Source of the DNA: a virus | Taxonomy: Duplodnaviria > Caudoviricetes | IMG/VR virus record: IMGVR_UViG_3300020044_006004 | Location: 1-29,090 of that record | DNA: 29,090 bases | Direction: 5' to 3' (one strand) | Shown here: in pieces, positions 27,501 to 29,090 of the stretch | Layout: the number at the start of each line of letters is the position of its first letter | Numbering within the stretch: the first letter of the stretch is position 1 | Position numbers and translations under genes: made by a program | The notes under the pieces: generated by a model | Databases searched by the model: none | What the model was told of the DNA's origin: nothing | What the model saw: the letters and a program-made list of their open reading frames with translations, nothing else

Positions 27501-27532
27501 TGGCGATTGGCTTTGGATTTAAAAACAAATGA
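18554..27532 (+). CDS. Giant (2992 aa) polyvalent ejection protein with ART-like, LPD3-like and HExxH metallopeptidase-like modules
   Basis: Last position in the ejection cluster; VRT.AFKKWFGDW, VVDENGEPLVVYHGT, PNQIKSA, STMLHEMGH, GGYYP, C-terminal LFT.FY helical region. Confidence 0.85.
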   Translation: MEDNQFDADAAVSSFLEGNKVTAARAGVMTSANADADYEAHIKAVAQRNGVPVDTVREHPEEMNTQDKLGAIDFDELATKNPVTTSTLGNLDKAKIVHDDIPNLSTLETALQFGKNAASTLAAGAYAGTAGALGAVEAVMKNTGDLVDPLIPEGYNPLYKQAEALQDLRHNQEAWLDYYKPGAETILGKGLVSGGMSLAQNVPLLAAAIYTRNPSLVLPTMTAQSFGQSYGEDVDKGMSTPAATIHAGANAAIEYGTEAWGINKLFGDLNAGSSILKTMMHQIVPEVVGEQAATLLQGLNDWLVHHPEKPVKDYLSTIPSNAAETLVATMVGMGGNTALLKTVEGVQKVSNIDFSKAKKSETTALNIEQLNKVVAASKVLQRDPTIIHDFATEVSENGPVQNLYINAETLMQSGVAQKLSELLPSITEENIAEALATGGELKIPVADYVTHIAGTDLAPELVDHLRVEGEDYTRAEAKDYMTNHASEMQAHVERVMAENQVTDEFKASADRVKASVLEQLNSLGRFSKTKNEFDATLYTAYVTTRAKQLGITPEEMYEKHKVTFAAEGMGGQQYDQGKPITNTTELGDFKTGVPVSFDFSHNTASATAIFGKPKKDAPYDRGIEPSGRYVSQVKDASKVDTSSGIMSGTLSFKNPLVLNVDTWKKDLFNHYKKRGKALSKALIADGYDGVVTIEHDSNPARSSTSEILDLTTFDEDKALYQSANDSPRLAPNGKPSNLNPMQYAQVRTEAFKKWFGDWLYNPEMEMTPINLVDDPNMPIDGDAKSLGTYLLGKYRNLSVINAQSGNEISIYRVGLLSSLKNRKPLARRLYAILPQLLEQSAYAGYEVNTKLDTKPNIIGYESFYAPVSIDGKIYSVRILVDRVKDDARGRGYYYHQIEDIALGDPVGSTRGLLDAEQGASPPESSNGAITLGQLTGKVNNNASKVVDENGEPLVVYHGTDKSFDSFDIEATAKNRTGNPTGIYLTPSKDEAKYFGSNVFNLFAIAANPYIEGESKVNQKMANTYAQILKDNYPNYGDDWIDNTIIPEFKKTGRFKDIQGAFKTRVMKAGGFDSWKDGRHIDVFGPNQIKSATENNGDFNQNDANIYHQSNKNLALVHNLSLENLLHANKLGGIPVPSVAVVNKDHPMDAFGEITLIANKDNLGPQASAKNRFFNADIYSPRYPDVTYIGDRQAIDDANSNLSEAAKKIQESDGSSSRITADRLEDGITKGLQRNLALQYQYLESLGKAPAITYKPKTKVPKALQKFIKSDIDLRGKEFWKAAIDDWTARHPDVSAEDVEWISASIRSDAIDAIEKVRKESKTGKVIDINGLRTKITSKLDYDKFRQWLTENYSNLIKDEKIFDGYTDNGKKYLPHNLDTVVKLMTKSVRGGENFNYGVGSIRAHAAKQFKTIKSLQDAREDLISKDKMDELADEIKLEFESLTEALAPYRNEDAGYSNQSSEALADLASKGLRGFQEYYKDVPEDVMNEVYDFMNQLKNMPSHYFEGKIGRAVGIHEFDGAIVPKGKGYEAAVSLLKERGITNIKRYDPRVDESRAKALGSFNDLFFQNNIEKNRGSFNPSTNTITALKDADLSTMLHEMGHYFFEADIALASELSSLPFISKGEQTIIDDVSALFTWHGLQGDIHEQLNQWHTMSFEEKRSYHEKTAESFEHYLLTGKAPSLELQRAFQTFRSWLIGVYKSIKDFIKAHPQAGTLSPEIRAVFDRMLASEEQIKLAEQGRSMMPLFESAEQAGMTEQEFAEYQQLGEDATNAAINVLSSKATGDMQWLSNARAKSLKKMQRQHDELRRNVRSEVRTKVMSQPIYQAWSFLTRKLSKDDKINPQERPKSNPNYVDESQDTLFVAIAKLGGLRRDDIESEWGLDPATRSPMPVFGKHVLRRKGGMAIDDMGQRLMEHGYLTPDEHGKFWQGEFEEKFNNELRGQLEYSTAFASDVFAEEGKAGQQVANPWALSAGRIELSALKGMMLPPEIEQRIIDLKMTAKHGLDADIVSDIIPGFSSGDELVRAIAGAENPRDLVERLTDQTMLERHSELATPEAIQKAADEAIHNDVRARFITREANALAQATGGTKLLASAARDYATNIIGRLKIRNIKPHQYTLAETRAAKLSEKASKDGDLKKAAAEKRNQAINLYAAKAAYDALDEVDKILRYFKKFNGDNKKVDIEYLDQIRGLLAKFDLRKQSGAQIDETVRLRSWVQSRLAEGELPIVAETLLSSDERRAYVAQIESRDENGELVYADDEERLKLLADAIDRSATRSYKEATFEELQGLNDTIKQIEHIGRLKNKLLTAQDKRNFEAIRDEITDSIMEHGGLGNKNTRTPNDILGKALVGIKSFGADHIKVATWARIMDGGLDNGPVWRFLIKPANERATQETSMRAKATAELDAILRPILKKASYYDKSLKGKFFASIGDSLLWQERFTILLNMGNESNLQRLLAGGISGKVGQLTMSQILDVVNTMSPEEIHAAQAVWDHFESYRPKIAEKELRVSGVEPKWIPIRAIDIKANDGSIVHLRGGYYPVKFDSRVNIRAEAHASAQEAKDLMKASYSAATTNRSFTKERVEEVHGRPLLLNMTGLYSGVNDVIHDLAWHEWVIDANKMLRSSKIDEAIRAFYGPEVKKQFDNWRNDIVVGQRRLDHGIEKAAGVARQFVSGSALTFNLLSAAMQPLGLSNSIARIGAEWVGKGVARYVASPIQATQEAQEKSEWMANRTRTRFRELNELRNQVQGQTALKETMGRYGYWLMMKSQMTVDVPTWWGGYEKGIAEGHDDATAIALADQGVKDSQGGGEEVDQSGIERGHALVKLFTAFYGFMGTTLNTAVGSTITEKSKAKIAANLLLTLMVPAVFGSLLRDALTPDSGDDDEEGLIEKLIREQISFLMGMIAFGREFSQMANPKSMGYSGPTGLRVIPDIYHLKEQIAQGEFDDAFRKQFINVLGDVTGLPAVQINRTITGTKALVEGKTDNPMAIGFGFKNK

Positions 27533-27978
27533 ATAATTTAATTGAACAACTAAAAATTGACGAGGGCTATTCTGAGCATGTTTATAAATGTCCTGCGGGG
27601 GCCAACACGGTGGGGATAGGTTACAATCTGGACAGCAATAGCCTGCACTTATCGTCACTAGAAATTAATCACGCCTTTCGTAATGGCATGGGTGAGGTAG
27701 AGGCTGAACGAATACTGCTATTAATGGTTAAAAAAACTATAGAAGAATTACAGGGAATTTTCTCAAATTGGAATGAGATAAGTAAACCGCGTCAAGATGC
27801 TTTAACGAATATGTGTTTTAATCTGGGCGTGACAAGGTTTTTAAAGTTTAAAAAGATGATCGCTTTGGTGGAAGCTAATGATTTTGTTGCGGCCAGTAAA
27901 GAAGGTTTAAACAGCCTATGGGCTAAACAGTTACCGGCCAGATCAAAACGGGTGATGGATTTGTTAAAGCAAGGGTAG
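27529..27978 (+). CDS. Endolysin, T4-lysozyme-like (GH24)
   Basis: LKIDEG....YKCPAG..TVGIGYNL (E-x8-C-x5-T), NMCFNLG, FKKM, SLWAKQ...R. Confidence 0.93.
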   Translation: MNNLIEQLKIDEGYSEHVYKCPAGANTVGIGYNLDSNSLHLSSLEINHAFRNGMGEVEAERILLLMVKKTIEELQGIFSNWNEISKPRQDALTNMCFNLGVTRFLKFKKMIALVEANDFVAASKEGLNSLWAKQLPARSKRVMDLLKQG

Positions 27979-27984
27979 TAATAA

Positions 27985-28341
27985 TTACCAAGGTATTTCT
28001 TGAAAATTAGCGCCACAAGTTTTACAGGGAGGAAGCGTCATAGGTTCTATGACTATAGGCTCTGAGGCAGGCAAAGGCGTTTCATCCCTAAAGGTAGGCG
28101 TTGAATGGATCACCATTGGGTTATTTGGTGATTGCTGTGAGTATTCATTGCCATAAACGCCAGACTTATTATGGATGCTATTCGCTGAATATTCATTGCC
28201 ATAATATCCATATGGATTGTTGATATTGTTTTTGCCATACGGATTGCCACCCACTTCACCCAAGTAAGTGCCGTTGGGTGCATATAATGAAGCGGCAAAA
28301 ACAGTGTTGCTGATTAGCAGTAGTGCGATAAAAGTTTTCAT
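27985..28341 (-). CDS. Secreted Asn/Tyr/Gly-rich protein (moron-like); alternative start 28395
   Basis: AGGA RBS, signal peptide MKTFIALLLISNTVFA, repeated N..G.YGNEYS, C-terminal CKTC. Confidence 0.7.
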   Translation of the reverse strand: MKTFIALLLISNTVFAASLYAPNGTYLGEVGGNPYGKNNINNPYGYYGNEYSANSIHNKSGVYGNEYSQQSPNNPMVIHSTPTFRDETPLPASEPIVIEPMTLPPCKTCGANFQEIPW

Positions 28342-28402
28342 GTGTTTTCCTAAGTAAAAGAAACTGGGTTTAAACCAATTAAATAGTTTTTTCATAATCC
28401 CC

Positions 28403-29089
28403 CTAAATATCAATATCCCCTGGATTGGTATTGCAGTATCTCTGCAAAGTTTTCCAGCTCGAATGTAAAGTGATTTGTTGTACGTCAACTATCGATAATC
28501 CTTTTTCAAATAGACGACTGGTAGCTTCATGGCGCAGATCGTGAAAATGCAGATTATCTATCTGTAGCAAGCGACAGGCATTAGTAAAGTAAGTGCAAAT
28601 AGTCTTAGTAGTATAAGGAAAGACACGCTCATCAATCCTCGGTTGCTTCATGATGATTTTATAAGCACTCAAGGGCATCTTTGCTCTTTTGTTAATAACG
28701 CGCTTCAATGGGTCTTTTAATCCATAAACAACATAGGTTCTATCTTCATGACGAATATCATCCCATTTGATCCGCATAATCTCAGACTGCCTACGGGCTG
28801 AATAGATGGCAAACCACATCAGGTGAAGCATTGGTATATTCATGCCATCAAAGTGCCTAGATAGCTCCCACAACTCCTCCTTGGTAGGCCTTCTATCCCT
28901 TGCCACAGATGAGGCAATAAGACCATGTTCGCTCAGTATTCTTCTAGCTTCATCAAAAATACCCATATTAAATTCTAGTTTATGCATACCCGACATGGTT
29001 TGGATAACACCGGATAGCCATATCAGATCATTCTTAGCTGTCTGAGGCTTAAAAACTTCATTCCTAAGCTGGATATGCTTAACTAAATC
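28403..29089 (-). CDS. int: Tyrosine recombinase / phage integrase (5'-truncated by window edge)
   Basis: Catalytic R (SARRQSEI), K (LKDP), HDLRH, H (TLHSS), Y (LQRY); frame stays open from 28996 to the window end (DLVKHIQLRNEVFKPQTAKNDLIWLSGVIQT). Confidence 0.95.
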   Translation of the reverse strand, partial: DLVKHIQLRNEVFKPQTAKNDLIWLSGVIQTMSGMHKLEFNMGIFDEARRILSEHGLIASSVARDRRPTKEELWELSRHFDGMNIPMLHLMWFAIYSARRQSEIMRIKWDDIRHEDRTYVVYGLKDPLKRVINKRAKMPLSAYKIIMKQPRIDERVFPYTTKTICTYFTNACRLLQIDNLHFHDLRHEATSRLFEKGLSIVDVQQITLHSSWKTLQRYCNTNPGDIDI

Positions 29090-29090
29090 T

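Noticed and set aside
1768-27658. Numerous minus-strand and alternate-frame ORFs in the track (e.g. 1768-2217, 7491-7751, 14647-14964, 19492-19713, 24304-24579)
   Set aside because: Shadows of well-supported + strand genes, without RBS or motifs
28342-28488. N-terminal extension of the 167-aa minus-strand ORF as listed in the track
   Set aside because: Overlaps the integrase catalytic end; better starts with RBS exist at 28395 and 28341
1-29090. CRISPR array, tRNA or attachment site
   Set aside because: No regularly spaced repeats, cloverleaf or flanking direct repeats seen by eye; intergenic space is minimal. The four 11-mers are kilobases apart, not an array

Overview
The window holds the nearly complete virion-morphogenesis (late) operon of a temperate podovirus-type phage or prophage with BPP-1/APSE-like gene order. 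On the + strand: terS, an inserted HNH endonuclease, terL, an HTH protein, portal, two paralogous head-spike-base-like genes, a staple-like protein, scaffold, major capsid, cement, a cluster of small membrane/lysis genes, a tailspike, tail adaptor and nozzle, GNAT-like and cupin proteins, three ejection proteins (one with a lytic transglycosylase, one a 2992-aa polyvalent protein) and a T4-type lysozyme. A tyrosine integrase (cut by the right edge) and a secreted-protein gene converge on it from the - strand. No rRNA, tRNA, CRISPR array or reverse transcriptase was recognised. The strongest unexplained signal is a four-copy, fixed-spacing element, GTGCGGAWGAT-N15-TAnnnT, ahead of each late gene block; it is a candidate phage-specific late promoter, and the adjacent HTH protein is a candidate activator. 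Also notable: stacked and nested ART-like/nuclease-like cassettes in the giant protein, a 96-aa domain splitting the transglycosylase, a dual-start holin-like gene with an overlapping lipoprotein, and a holin/tail-fibre chimeric ORF marking a probable tailspike swap. Family assignments come from motif recognition by eye, not from database searches.
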